In this document: positions 19,133-33,240 of the stretch, one piece after another
How the letters are laid out: every line of letters starts with the position of its first letter
Position numbering within the stretch: the stretch's first letter is position 1
NCBI RefSeq assembly: GCF_964355755.1
Contig: NC_092670.1
Coordinates: 13,998,795-14,062,794 of the forward strand
Reading direction: 5' to 3'
Source of the DNA: Antedon mediterranea
Taxonomy: Eukaryota > Animalia > Echinodermata
Length of the DNA stretch: 64,000 nt
Program-made: the position numbers and the translations under genes
Notes under the pieces: model-generated
What the model saw: only the letters and a program-made list of their open reading frames with translations
Database searches by the model: none
Told to the model about the DNA's origin: nothing

Positions 19133-22100
19133 CTGAAAAAAAACCAATTATTATTATCAATTATTGTTTGAAGGTTTGCATGGAGAAATCAAATGTTATC
19201 AAACGTATATTAGTTCTGAAAAGAACTGTTTAGTATCTCGACGTTTCGATCAAGCACATTATCAATTAGGCAGTATGAAGAGTATCGTAGCATTGCCAAC
19301 AGTAGCAGCAGCATAACAGTAGCAGAAAGGGTAATTATGTAAGAGCACTAGTATAGCAGCAGTAATGGCAGCATGAGTAAAAGCACCAGATTCTGCAGCT
19401 GTCACTAGATAGATACTAACTGACTATCGCAAGTCATCTAGATATCTCTGTTAGTAGGTTTTATCTGCAGTCAATGTATTACGTGAATGTGTTTGCATTA
19501 TTGTCTACTTGCGATGCCAGTAATCACGTATTGCATTTAACGACTGCTTTTTAAATATATAGTCGTGAGGGTGTTTTTTTTCTGCTTATTTTCTATATTA
19601 AAAAAAAAGATCAATTCGTGACGATTTTTCTCATGTATCTTTAATATGGGCCGAAATATTAAATAGCACGTCCTATACCAAGTATTTCAGTTACTGAAAG
19701 CGAAATATATTACCATTGCAAACATACCAACATGATTTAAACTGTTTTTATCAGGTAAAACATTAATAGGTCAATTAAATATTTAGTATCCACTTTGAGA
19801 GTCATAATTAAGTAACTTCGTTTATAAATGCTATAATCCTATTTTGAAAGAAAACACAAAGTTATTATACATGCAAAATTGTCACACAGACATATCATTA
19901 CTAATCAAGGACTACTGCAATTAATGATGATGTTAATAGCTGGAACCTAAGTGTAGATATATAATGATTGTATTCCTGAGAACTTTTTGAATTTTCTTGA
20001 TAGCAAAGTAGATGACATAGGCCTAATTGAAAATGGCACTGACCCAATATTATTCCATAGAAAGTATGAATTAAATGTTTACTAGAATGTTAGAACATTT
20101 TTTTTAGTTGATAAACTGAGTCCAGGTTAACCCAGTGCCTTCTTGAATACAACGAAAAATACATACTAAAATTACAACGTGAATTATACATAATTGATTA
20201 TATATAAATATATTAGAGTACTTAGAGTATACTATATATATTATATAGTATCAAATTACCGTATTTAATAATAAGAATATAGCTTAAGATCTGTGTAATA
20301 TTTCAATTTATTTGTTTACATATACCTCTTCAGTACAAGAAGTTTCTCACAGAGAGCCCAATGTACAGGCCCATGATCAGTGTGTAATGTATGTAACTGA
20401 AGGAGTAACTCTAACATGCCAAATTTGATTTCCGTAATGACGTAGGATGTAGGATAAGCGCAACGTACGTGATTTGCCCAATCACAAGCTACGGAATTCG
20501 TACTTCGTACACATCTGGTTTGTTACAACCGCATATTGGTCTCCCGTACTCACATTGAACCAAGAAACCCGAGTCCTAATCATTCTATGTCATTTTATTA
20601 ATTAATCACGCATAAAGGATTGTAACTAGCGCCATCACAATATACAGTGTTATGTAGTACCGGTTAAAAGTCAACACTACACGCATAGTCAAATAAATAG
20701 AACGAGACAATGCGGCAAGATGTATTATTTATATACTTGCAAATATGCAATAAATCTACTAATGCAATAATAAAAGCATAGTTCAGTTATCAAGGGACAT
20801 GATTTAAATTAAATGAAAATACTAAAAATAGCAACAAATATACATAATTCAGCATTGTTGGTAATTAAAGCAATAACATATTCTTTTGTAGGCCCCCTGA
20901 AATAGTTTGTATGATTTGCATTATCCGATGATTAGTATACCATACCTAGATTTGCTCCAGTTATTGTCATTTTACATGCATTTTCTAGAAATTAGATCAT
21001 TCCAGCTCAAGTTTAAATATGACACGCTATGTATGCCAAAAAAGTTTTCGTTTTATGAATAATTAAGTCAATCGCCGTCAAGACTGGCCATTCATAATAA
21101 GTTTGAATGTATAGATTTTTAAAATCCTTGTATGTATCATCGTTAGAGAGCTATACTAGGGCCTTGTAGGAGGTAGGCTAGCCAACAATTGTTTTACTAC
21201 TTTGTCGTTTTCTTGACTCCTTTCTTATACTAAAACTCTATCTGAATGTTTTTTAATAGTTTATTAAATGTTTATCTGGTAAAATTTAGCGGGTCTGTGC
21301 CGCGTTTAAAAACTTAATTTTCAAATGAATACATCTTAAACGTGTGTGTCACGCTACACACAATGTACGATGTAGGCCTACGGTACTGCCTATTGATAAA
21401 ATCACAAAAAAATGATTAACATTACCGAATTTCTTTGAAAAAAAATAGCTATTATTTTTAAACCGATGAATACTAATGAGCAATTTCTTCGTTTTAGTTT
21501 GTGAATCAGATAGCCAACGCCCTATTATGTTCGTGCGGTATTAGTATTAGCAGGTAATTTGCCATAAGAGCGACGTCGTTAATATTAACTAGCATATTAC
21601 GCCAAACGAAATGTATCTAGACTCGCATCATATGATCAACGATCCGTACTTTTTTATGTATAGTAAACATTTCAAATCTTTATTAAAGAATGTTATTACG
21701 CATAAATACAGAAAAATAATTCTTTTTTTAAAGGTATATAATATGCTTTCGAGTTATTTAATAATCGATTCACCTATATCAAATTAAAAATTGAGTCACT
21801 TTTCCAATTTTACTAAGAATTGGATTACGTGTGTTGTAGAGGATGAGTGAAAATGCATAACGTTTATGTCATTATTTACTGTTGTTATTGAACGAAAATG
21901 ATATCTACGAATTGTATCCACATAAAACGCGGATATACATGATATAGGTAAACAGGCAAAAAATACTAACATCACTAACATACAGTAACAAATACTTGAT
22001 AATCGTTATTACATCATGTTACTGCAATGTAAACTCAAACAAACCAAGGCTTGGTTCCCACGACGCAAGAGTCGTTTTTGCATATGCGTTGTGCGTCCGA

Positions 22101-22267
22101 GTTGAACCTTGTTCCCACTTGACGTACACGCAACGCAAACGACGATCAAGTCTTGATTGGTCGTTTGTACGTTAGTAAAACGCAACACATTTACGTTGCG
22201 CAGCGTAGCACGCGTTCGCACACGTGTTTCCACACACCCCACTTGACTCCTCGACACCAGACGTACA

Positions 22268-22920
22268 TTTCATTCATTCATTTCACATTTATTCAATTAC
22301 TGAAAACTTAAACAATGTAAACTATATAAACAAAATAAATATTTCATTAATTAGGATCAGACTTAGAGGCCAAGGCCTGTCTCAGAAAGACCCAACAAGA
22401 CATAAAACAAAATAAAAATTATGTAAAAGTGGCATAATAATAATACATTTATGAAAGATAATTTTCCAAATAATTAAATTTCATTTGATGTCTGAATATT
22501 TTTGCATTTTAACATTTTTTTAGATTCTCTTTTAAGTTATTCCATAATTTAGGTCCATGAACTGTAATAAAAAATTGGCTTTTACCATGTTTTACAAAAG
22601 GAACATAAAGTAACTTTGAGTTCTTAAGATAATAACTATGAACAGTTTTTGGTTTAAAAAAAAATGAAATTATGGAAAATGGAAGTTGACCTTTAACATT
22701 GGAACATAAAAGTAAGTGAATCTATTACTTTTAAGATATACATAACAATCAACAACCTAAGTTTTAGATACATTATGTGTTATTGGTTAATACAAACATC
22801 CTTCAGTCAAACATGATGTACCGTATGTCTGTAATAGCGTTAACAATCAAGCTAGTGGCAATTGTATATATATCTTGGTCGTTGACTCGCATTTGAACTT
22901 TTACCATTTACAGGAACATA
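22268..22920 (-). mobile_element. 3' remnant of a CR1/L2-clade LINE
   Basis: Minus strand translates LKNSKLLYVPFVKHGKSQFFITVHGPKLWNNL, the typical ORF2 C-terminal motif, with stops, followed by AATAAA and an (AATG)n tail. Confidence 0.7.
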
Positions 22921-22969
22921 ATTAAATTGTATATTCACATCTATATTATTAACATGATTTCTGCCTTAA

Positions 22970-23270
22970 AGATGTATTGTCCCCAAATAACACGAGAAAT
23001 AAATATTACAAAAATCAGAATTTGAATATGCCATTTTGTAGTTTTAACAAAATTAATCACTTCGGAAAAAATAATGTTTTCAGTTATAACATGACAAAAT
23101 AAACGGTTAGATTCAATCAAAAAACTATTGGCTGGCATCCAATTTGACTATTTGTGTTTTAATTTACAGTTTTTCAAGTAAATAATTTTTGTTTTGATCC
23201 AGTTTTTGGTCAAAGTGAACTATTATGGCATATTCAACAACAACAACAAAATTCATGGGACAATACATCT
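22970..23270. mobile_element. Kolobok-like MITE with TTAA TSD (relatives at ~420-650, ~1650-1800, ~12360-12420, 53692-~54037, 56627-~56930)
   Basis: TTAA|AGATGTATTGTCCC...GGGACAATACATCT|TTAA. Confidence 0.85.
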
Positions 23271-23356
23271 TTAACCTTATATTGTCCACCCGTGAGTTGG
23301 TTACCGTGCCTACCAACTACAGTTCGCGATGTGGTCCCATGAAGCGATTAAACTAA

Positions 23357-23535
23357 AGCATGGTTCCCACTAGCGACGCAACGCAAGGACGTAACGCAAC
23401 GCAAGTGAAATGACCAATCACAAGCGATGGCTTATTCGCTTGTGATTGCTAACTGTCTATAACTTCGCTTGTCATTGGTTAAAACGCTTGCGTTGCGTTT
23501 ACGTCCTTGCGTTACGTTCTAGTGGGAACCACGCT
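23357..23535. mobile_element. Palindromic PIF/Harbinger-like MITE (AGCTTGGTTCCCACTAG family), best-preserved copy
   Basis: Long TIRs and inner TGACCAATCAC dyad; about 14 copies in the window. Confidence 0.85.
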
Positions 23536-26500
23536 TCTGAACGGGTAATAAATATCACATGTTTGACTGTGTGACACACGTAGGCCTAAATCACACCACT
23601 TATTTTTATTAAAATATAAAATAATAACATAGACGGTAAAAATGTCCTCGGGGAGTTAAGCCGTCAATTTCACTCGAGATCAATTGAAAAAGTAACATTT
23701 TTCATATACTGAATTAGTTAAAGAATAATATATACTGTTACAAATACATGTTTATGCTCTTCAGATGAAGTAGAGCTGAATCATCGAATTACACAAGAGA
23801 CACACCAGTACGCAGACTACGTTTGCCTACGCATTTCTTTTATTAATGTCTCGATGTTTTATGTTCAAATAGTTCAAATTTGAAAGAAGGCGTACACACG
23901 CACACAATTAATATCTAATGAGTGAAATTGTGCGTTTATAAATACATAAGGCCTAACCTTTCTGTTTCAGAAAACTGTAGATGGTACGCGAGCGACGCGA
24001 ATTAATTAATTTTGCCATCACGTAAATTTATATTATAAATATGTGTGTGTTCGTTTCGTTGATGTGCTTATTGCCTTATTTGAATAATTGTATATATTGG
24101 ATACAAAATTAAAGAACAACGTTACACTATTATAGATTAATGTTCCTGTTTTTAAAGACTAATTATTTAATTGCGTGAATACAACATTATTGTTCTGAGT
24201 GTATATGTATTTACTCTAGACTTGTCTACACCTACACTTTTTTTTAGTAAGTTTGCAATAAATTATTTTATTTAATCAATAGAACCGGCCGAATTTAGGG
24301 ACGATAAATTATTGAATTTAATCATGAACAGACTATGTTTATCAATTTTTACGCAATGATAATAAATCATTGTATGTTTCTATTGATAAACAAGATATAT
24401 TGTAATTACTAAGTTTCGAGAATAGTGTGTTTTATATTGAGGTAATTTATAATTTTTGTAATTACGGTTTCTTTTGTATATTAGACGAGGCGCATTAGTC
24501 TTCGTTTGCGATTCATTTCCTATGCAGATGTTTCGGTATCAACGCTATCAAATCAGGCCTTTTGATTGTAGTTTCACGTACATAGACTAGGCCTATGTCA
24601 AAGGTTGATGTTGGACAATTTAGCCGGAAGGCCAAAGTTCAAAAGATACGGTCAATTACGTACACAGAGCGTCTTTATGGTGGCTAGATAAATTCATCAT
24701 TATGTTACGTTACTGCCTTTGCTGTGATAAAAACGGCTACAAAACGCAAGTGAATTGACCAATCATAAGTCAAACAGTGATCTATCGCGTCGTGATTGAT
24801 CGAATTACTTGCAGCGCGCTTACGTCATTGCGTTGCGTCTTTTGGAATGATACAATTAAACAAAATAGGCCTAATTGTTCAGAGCAGGGAAGCGTGAATC
24901 CCAGGGGCCGTTCACCAATCGCACTTAGGCTAAGGGAAACAATTACCCTTAAAAAATCTTGTATCTAAGTGAATACCAATTAAAGGAAAATACTTAAATA
25001 TTTATTGAGTTAAGTAAAATACTTAATATTTAAGGGATAGGTTCAGAGAAGGCCCGCAATAATACACTTACTTTTTTGGAATGACAATGCAACAATTAGT
25101 AGCATGCACAATACAAAGATGTCCCTGATTTATGTAAAAATCACAAGCTTTGATAACTATAGCAATCACAATACGTTTTAATACGTTGTTGTGCTAAAGT
25201 ATAATCTACAATGATCTGTAAAAGGACCACGTACACCATAGCGTTCAAACGCGTAGATTGCGCAGTTAATCTCGTTAATCTGTCTTTTCTCTTTCACAAA
25301 AGTCTGGAGAAATTGGTTTTACAAGACGTCTGGATGTTATTTCTAACCATGATATTATATCGTTGATCTCAAAAGGCAATAACTGATATACAGTAGGTAA
25401 TATTATATAACCGTGTCACGTGATTTCGTGCATGGGGTTATATTGGAGCTAATTGCCTCAGAAATACAATAACAAGCCACAAGCAGGTAGTATTAGTGAG
25501 AACACCCTAAAGCCAGAAGTACTGAATAATGGCTTATTCCGCTTAGGGTTGCAACAATTAACTGCAATGTGTGAAAGCTGCAAACCATTAAAATATAGAT
25601 TTTGTCTTTATATAGAATTATCTACTAAAACAATAATCCTTTAGACTTACGGTAGTTCTCTATGAAGTTTTCAAAGCAAAATTAATGACATAGAATAATT
25701 ACTTATACAGTATAATATCATTATATAATATTTGTATTTATGCAAATTGTTAAGACTAGTGTGTATTCTGTAAGCATAAGCGAATTCATTCACTATTCTC
25801 ATCGGAGCTAATTCCTGTAAAATATTAAAATTTGTTTTAGGACAGCTTGAAAAAGACTTGCATTTTGGAACCATATGTTAATGTTAATATTACGTAAAAT
25901 CCTCCCCGTAAAATGTTATCTAATATTACCAAATGTCGACATGCTTAATGTGTAAACATCCGTAAAGGTAAATTAGATGAATGCTATAGAATCATTATTA
26001 TCGATAGCAATGAATCTTGGCGAATCATGTTTACAGTTTTATAGGTAAATGTGATAAGCATACACTGTCATATATATCACATGTCACGCCTGTATCATAG
26101 TCCATAATAAGCGTAATATAACCTTAACACAATATAGGCGAAACATGTGATATATGTGACCCTGTACAGTTGCCTATAATACAGAACAGACAGACATTAT
26201 GCGGACAGAAAGTCAATCGGGTGGAATAAACATTGCGTAAGTTTTTACACGTTTGAAAATGACAAAACCCATGTTATAGAACCTGATAAATTGATGAACG
26301 AATTGCCATACATCCTCACAAAATGAGCGGAACTGCATTCTGGGTAGTTTAATACCACAATTAAATACGACACTTTTCGCCAAAATTGTCAAAATATTGT
26401 ATCAAATAAAATACTGCAAAGGAATATTAAAAATGTTAAAACTTAATATCAAAACATCCGAATTCAATCAGATGTTACAATCGGATGTGTTGGTCTATTA

Positions 26501-26984
26501 TTATAGAAATCGAGATTATCTTCACGTTAAGATTGTACATTTTTGACAATATTGGCTACCTGGAGATTTCGATTTAAACGATTCCTTCTCTACCACCTGC
26601 CTATGCTTTCCTCTAATTAATACAATAAAAAATAGTAATTAATTGAAATGGGGAAAATGAAATAATACGGTTAGTGAGATATTATTACGGTAAGATTTTT
26701 TGGTTTATCTATCTGCCTGTTTATTTTGGTGTGTGGGGGCTGGGGGGGGGGTGTAGTTGTGTGTTTTGTAATGCTATTAATAGTTAATGCGGTACGGTAA
26801 TCGGCACTACAAAGAATACATTTAAATTAAGTGTGTTTGGTTAGTTGTTCAGAGTTACAAAAATACTATTATGTCGTCCTGTACATTGAATAAAACTTCA
26901 GTTCTAAATAACGACAAAATTTCCTTCAGCCTCTAATAACAAGAATGGTCTAAAATCTGGTGACTTTATTTGTCCATTATTATG

Positions 26985-27140
26985 AGGACGTGTGGCGTGT
27001 GAGATCGAGGTTTGAATCCAACTCTCGGGGATTATGCTTCCATGCGTGTTTGATCCAAAAAATGGGGTAGTATTAGTAATGTTCAGCGCTTTGAGGTTTC
27101 ACAACATTAGACGTTATATAATCCAGGATATTATTATTAT
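26985..27140 (+). mobile_element. Degenerate tRNA-derived SINE with an L2/CR1-type tail
   Basis: B-box-like GGTTTGAATCC, cagcgctttgag...gttatataat and (TAT)n tail. Confidence 0.5.
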
Positions 27141-28984
27141 GTAAGCCCTATGACCGGGACAGTCCTAGATAGAAAGTCCCTATATTGGCGATAACAGCGC
27201 CTTTAACCTCTATAGTGGACAGAAAAAACCATAATGTTAAAAAAAGCCAATATAATGGACATGTTTCACTAAGCCCGTTTTGTAGACAAGTACACCATAC
27301 ACCGACCTCCATCCGTACCGATAATAAGCATAAAACGGTAGGAGTTCAAATGTAACATACACTATCAGAGATTACAACAATAGGCCTATATCACGGGACT
27401 TTGCTACGAAATAACATCAAAGACCAATGCTGATATCATTTTAATCCAAAACAATCCCGTAAAAGAATGGAAAGGTATGACTTATTAACCAAAGAGATGG
27501 TTGATTATGATTGATTACTGGATAATCAGTCAAATCAGTTAACGAGCTGTCCAGATTTAGATAATAATTAATGATAATATTTAATTTAAAATCTTGTATG
27601 ATGCACATAATCCACATTAGCAAAACATAGTTATTATCACGCCCAATTATGACCAAATATCTTGTACTGGCTTTGTGTACATTATCGTCTTGTGTTACCA
27701 TAGGTAGTATACTGATTCGTAAATTCGTGCGACACGCGCGGATTGACTGACATAGGCATCATGTTTATTGGAAAAGTGTAGTCCTCGAATTTTATGCAAA
27801 CAGATGTGTAACATAAAAATAATGATGTTGATATAGTTCGCGTAATAACATGGAATTACTTGTCAAGATGTTTCTACTTACCATACTATTGAAGCGCACT
27901 ACATTAACATCAAATTTGCATTTCCAACGAATTCAGTGTATATATGTATATATTTTCCTCTAATTGCAAATATATATGTCATAAATTATTATTAATAATT
28001 TCAAACGAAAAAAAATAAAACAAATAATGCCAATAGTAATGGTATTATTACCATTTAGCAATTTCATATAATTAAAAATATATTATACCGTCGCCAACAA
28101 AACGTGTGCATATTTATGAAATGTTGAAAGAATGCTTTTAGCTTAGGCCTATAAATGAGAATTTAATATTTTCGAAACGTCAATTTCGAAAAGTCAATAC
28201 TCTTTGTATTGACTTAAAGTAGTAAACACAAAAGCCTCGCTTATTGTGGGAGGGGTTAGTTACGTCATTGACTAGTCCACTAGTACACTTCTGCTGATGT
28301 TTTACGTAATGCAATGTTGTTTATGGGCAATAATATTGTGGTTATCACTATCTGAACTTAAAATAGACATTAATGAGTGTGAAAATAACTATATTGAACA
28401 ATAGAAACGCGGAACTAATACCCTTGTTTGTTTACACTTTGTCTGCTATGACAGTATACATCTACATATACCCTAATAATAATAATAATACCCTGATTAA
28501 GGTAGCGAAAAGTATAGAAGTTAAACTGTAATTTATTGCTATAGCTAGCTATAATTTAATTATTTCAAATGGTACATTGTATTATAATTGTAATTATGTA
28601 TGTATGTATATGTAAATAAAAATGTAATCACGAGTGTCTTCAACAAATCATTAGTAAAGTATTGTTGAGTCTACTATTAATGGTATCTTGTCTGAGCTGA
28701 GATATTACCACCACCGTATGATGTGCGACCATAAAACACGATTGTAAAGTGAAAGCCATGTTTTTGACCACTTAATTTTATAGTCATATTTTCTTTTTCA
28801 ATCTATTAGCTTGGAAAATCAACATTATGGATGACCTTCAAATTCTAGAGGCCATTCATTCTTTCTTTCCTTTACCTTTCTTTTTCTTCTTTTCTCTTTC
28901 ATTCTTTTGTTCGTTTTTATCTTTATGCCTACTAAACCACAACTACGGTAATTGAAGAAGAAATACAAGACTCAAAACATTTTT

Positions 28985-29432
28985 ACGACAACCAGAATTT
29001 GAACTTTGTACTAGAAACACTAAATGTTTCCTTTTTCTTTTCTCTTTCTTTCTTTCTTTCTTTTTTTTTTCTTTCGTTTGTTGTCCCTTTATCTTTACTA
29101 AATCCCAAAGCGATTTTACCACAAATAAATTTGAACTTTGTACTGGAAACACTTAATGTTTCCTTTCTCTTTTCTCTTTCTTTTTTTTTTTCTTTCATCT
29201 TTCCTTTATCTTTACTAAACTCAAAGCGATTTTACCATAAACAAATTTGATCTTTGTACTGGAAACATTCAATGTTTCATTTTTTTTCCTTTCCTTTTCA
29301 CTTTATCTTTATCTTTTTTTGTGGGGGGGTGGGGGGGGTGGGCTTTACTTTATTTACTATTTTTTATTTTACTATTTTATTATTTAACACAAACAAATTT
29401 GAACTTTGTACTTGAAACACTTAATGTTTCCA
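28985..29432 (+). repeat. Degenerate tandem repeat (4 units, about 116-150 bp) with pyrimidine-rich spacers
   Basis: Core tttgaactttgtactggaaacacttaatgtttcc at ~28998, 29130, 29246 and 29398. Confidence 0.8.
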
Positions 29433-29969
29433 GCAATAATGTTCCCAGTGTACAGCAATGTAAACACCAAAAGTGTTATTTCATAATGTCTTGTGCAGCG
29501 CTGTAATTAAGAACTTAAATGGGTCAAACACTGTTTGTCTTACAATCTGAAGAAACGCAAACAGCATTCGTTAATTGTTTATTTATTTTTAATTCTGATA
29601 GTAAATCTACCTCAACCGTTTTAAAAAAAATATTACTCGTCCAGGTATGTGTACTTGATAAGTAACTAAACTTAACTTCAGTACTTTAAAATGTCTTTTT
29701 ATTACAGAGCTACTTCCTTTCTTAATTCTCTCTCCCCATCAATTGCAATATATGTTTTGAAACCAACCAAGTTAAAATTATATCTCAAAGATAAGCAATA
29801 AAACAAGCAATATTTTGGTTTTATATTTCAATGAAACTTAATGAATTTTCTAAAGTTTGTACACATGTATGAATTTATAATTTTTACAGTAATCTGTTTG
29901 AGAATTTTAACTCCTCTTGTAAACTATTTGAACGTCGTTTGTATAATTGTGTATTGTTTTTAAGAGGGC

Positions 29970-30100
29970 TTTTTAGTCGCGTTGACGCGACTCTATAGTT
30001 CACTATGTCGGTCGGTCGGTCTGTCGGTCTGTCGGTCTGTCTGTCGGTCCGGTATCACTATGCGTTTTAGCACGCAACTTATGGCTGTTGGCCTTGTTTT
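29970..30100 (+). mobile_element. Helentron-derived (HINE/DINE-like) element
   Basis: TTTTTAGTCGCGT-tg-ACGCGACT hairpin, (GGTC/CTGT)n tract, GGCCTTGTTTT end in T-rich flanks. Confidence 0.75.
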
Positions 30101-30975
30101 AATTCAGCTGTACTACTGGTAGTACATCTGTTAGAGCTACCGGTAAAACAAAATTGAACAAATAAATAAATATCAATTTGAACAGACTTCTTTCCCACTG
30201 TTGCTTTTAATTAATTTATATTCAGTTCAAGTACAAAGAGCACTAAACAGAAAATCTTAAGAGTTTGATTCCTATAATTTAGGGAGAATCTATCCACGCG
30301 ATTTCTGAGATTTGTATAGCATTCCTTTCACACCAAGTAGAAATGAATTCACATGCGGATAAACCATCACATGTGAAAACAGCATATAGAAAAAGGGAGA
30401 AAGGTATTGAGTTCAAGCACAACATTCCTGACCAATATACCTATAAGAACAGCCGCTCATAACAAACGTTCTGTAAATCTGACAAACAAACAAAAACATA
30501 GAAATGAAAATAACTCTACAAGATGAATATGTGTAATCTGCTGCGCTATGTATACCGGATAACAAACATTGTTCCAATAAATGTAACAATTGCATTGCTG
30601 AAGGGTTTGTACAATGTAGGCATATAAACGAACGTATACAAGTTATACTATTCGGTGGAATAACACATGGATCTACTCAATATTATGAATAATTATTCCG
30701 ATTTTAAACTTGTTATATTACAATAGGCACTTATAAAATATTAGGCTAGTTGTTCCATGTCAGCACACACACTTCACAACATCAACGGTTATCTATCATT
30801 TCTTATGTGAATACGGTAGAACGTATGTGTTAATTTCCTACGACAATTAGCATTCTGTCAACGTAGATAGGCCGTAATTGATAAAATGAATTACGCATCG
30901 GTTACTTTGACGCGGCTGTATTCGCGCAAATTGACTATACTAATAAAGACAGACGAAGGCATAATTGATTAGAAT

Positions 30976-31585
30976 GTGGCGTTTCATATTATAATAAAAA
31001 TGTAAATATGCATATGGTGTTAACCTATCATCTGATCAAGGCTGTAATCTATCACAAGGTGGCGTTTCATATTATAATAAAAATGTAAATATGCGTATGG
31101 TGTTAACCTATCATCTGACCAAAGCTGTAATCTATCATAAGGTGGCGTTTCATATTATGATAACAATTTAAATATGCGTAAGGTGTTAACCTATCATCTG
31201 ACCAAGGCTGTAATCTATCATAGGGTGGCGTTTCATATTATGATAAAAATGGAAATATGCGTAAGGTGTTAACCTATCATCTGATCAAGGCTGTAATCTA
31301 TCACAGGGTGGCGTTTCATATTATGATAAAAATGGAAATATGCGTATGGTGTTAACCTGTCATCTGATCAAGGCTGTAATCTATCATACGGTGGCGTTTC
31401 ATATTATGATAAAAATTTAAATATGCGTAAGGTGTAACCTATGGTAACCTATCATCTGACCTTAATTTATCCTAATGTGGCGTTTCATACTTGGTAAAAG
31501 TGTAAATATACAAGTATTGTACTGTAATACATTTTTTGGAGGAGTCAGTATGGCTATGATAATTAGCATATGGCGTTTCATATGA
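30976..31585 (+). repeat. 83-bp minisatellite, 6 conserved copies plus degenerate copies
   Basis: GTGGCGTTTCATA at 30976, 31059, 31142, 31225, 31308, 31391 and 31477. Confidence 0.95.
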
Positions 31586-33200
31586 TAAGTGTAATGATCT
31601 TGTGTAAACCCGTGAACAGAGTCAGTTATTGTGTAATCGTTATGTAAAAGTTTCACATAACTACATGTAAATATATGCATGGTATTACCCTGTCTTGTGA
31701 CATTATATGTAATCGAGAAGGTTTAAGTATATGAGCTACCGTACTCTTTGGACTCAAACATCACCGCCTTTGTTTATAAATTTAGAATGATCATCAACAA
31801 TGATTACTGCGGGATCTGTGATTCTTATGTAAATAAATATATAAATACAATAAAAACAACTAATTTAATCTTAGGGATTAACTCTGATCCAGTTGTGATC
31901 TTTTAAAGATATGTATAGATCTAATCTCAGGGATCTCTTTTGCTATGTGTAGCGTAGCAAATAAATCTACGGTGCTGCTATTCATAAAATGGTAGGCCTA
32001 CTGTATAAACAAAACATGCAGTACAATGTTAATATACATCGGATATCATCATCTTAACATTGATAATGAGCTACCGTGCTATCATTTAATAAAGTTTAGC
32101 ATACTATTAGAAAAACAAATCTCATGGAGACAATATTTATTTTGTTGATGTCTCAATTACAGGTCTGGTCAGTAAGCATATATATAGGCCTATCAAATAT
32201 AACGACAAATAGTTACATTCAATATCTCTTGAAACAATGTGAATCTGCAATTGTCAATTTGTTTCATTTTACTGTCTTATGCTATGCTTACACTATCAAA
32301 CTAGTTTGACAAAAAAAGTGTGATGTGTCCAAATATATATGTCTATATAGGCACATCACACTTCTTTGTCACATAAAGTTTGTAGACGGAGCTATAGCTT
32401 AATTATCGGGTTTTTTTTCTCTTGAAAGAATATTATAGCGATTTTTTTTTAAATCAAACACAATCAGTATTTTTTACCAAAAACATCTTCAAAGTATCTT
32501 GGTGAGATATATCGTAAACAATCGAAAATATGTGATGATGTCATATCTCTACAATATTTAGGCATAGCACTACATATTTGGGAACATCACACTTTTTTGT
32601 CAAACTATAGTTTGATACTCTAGACAGAACTTAATTCAATCTTCATCCTTCATCAACTTCCAATCTAAAAACATTTATCTTATTCATTCTTAGAAGGTAT
32701 AAACTCATCTCACTTTATTTGTAATTATTCATGGGTCGATAGACTCACTGTTATCGGTAAGAAGAAGATCTGCATAGTACCCATACTGCTATTTATAGTA
32801 CGTTGTAATTTACTTTTGAAGAGCATTTTATTCAGTTATATTGGAAAAGTCCGTGACTACTTGCAATTCTCTCATACGGTGTCCTAATACATTTCTGGGC
32901 TGGTTCTGCCACCGGTAAACTGAGTATGATCTGATTCTGTTCTAGGCCTAGTTGTGTGTCGTTACTTCCATTCCTGATAGGTCAGAGTTTTCGATACAAC
33001 GTCCATGTTGGAACGCAGCAGGAGAAGTTAAACGGATCGAAACAGTAATAGGCCTAGTAGCACTATTTCAACTTGTGGATCTAACGATCGAAATTTTATT
33101 GTTTAACACTTATAGGCATACAATCAACCATAGTGTGGGTGGGGGGAACACCTCATAACTCCAATTAGAGAAAATATAAACTAAATAAAAATATACATTA

Positions 33201-33240
33201 CCCTATGAAGATTTCATAGGCCCTATGAAGATTTCATAGG
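33201..33240. repeat. Exact 20-bp duplication, each unit an 8-bp hairpin
   Basis: (cCCTATGAAgatTTCATAGG) x2. Confidence 0.9.

Noticed and set aside
28943-29506. Lys/Glu-rich and Phe/Leu-rich ORFs
   Set aside because: Low-complexity pyrimidine tracts of a tandem repeat
30976-31585. CRISPR-like appearance of the 83-bp array (and of the 162-bp arrays)
   Set aside because: Whole units are near-identical with no unique spacers; eukaryotic context and no cas genes
32749-32826. ATG-initiated minus-strand segment ending ACA|gtgagt as a TRPC first exon
   Set aside because: It ends in phase 0, incompatible with the phase-2 acceptor at 19132; a similar candidate near 25072-25105 ends in phase 1
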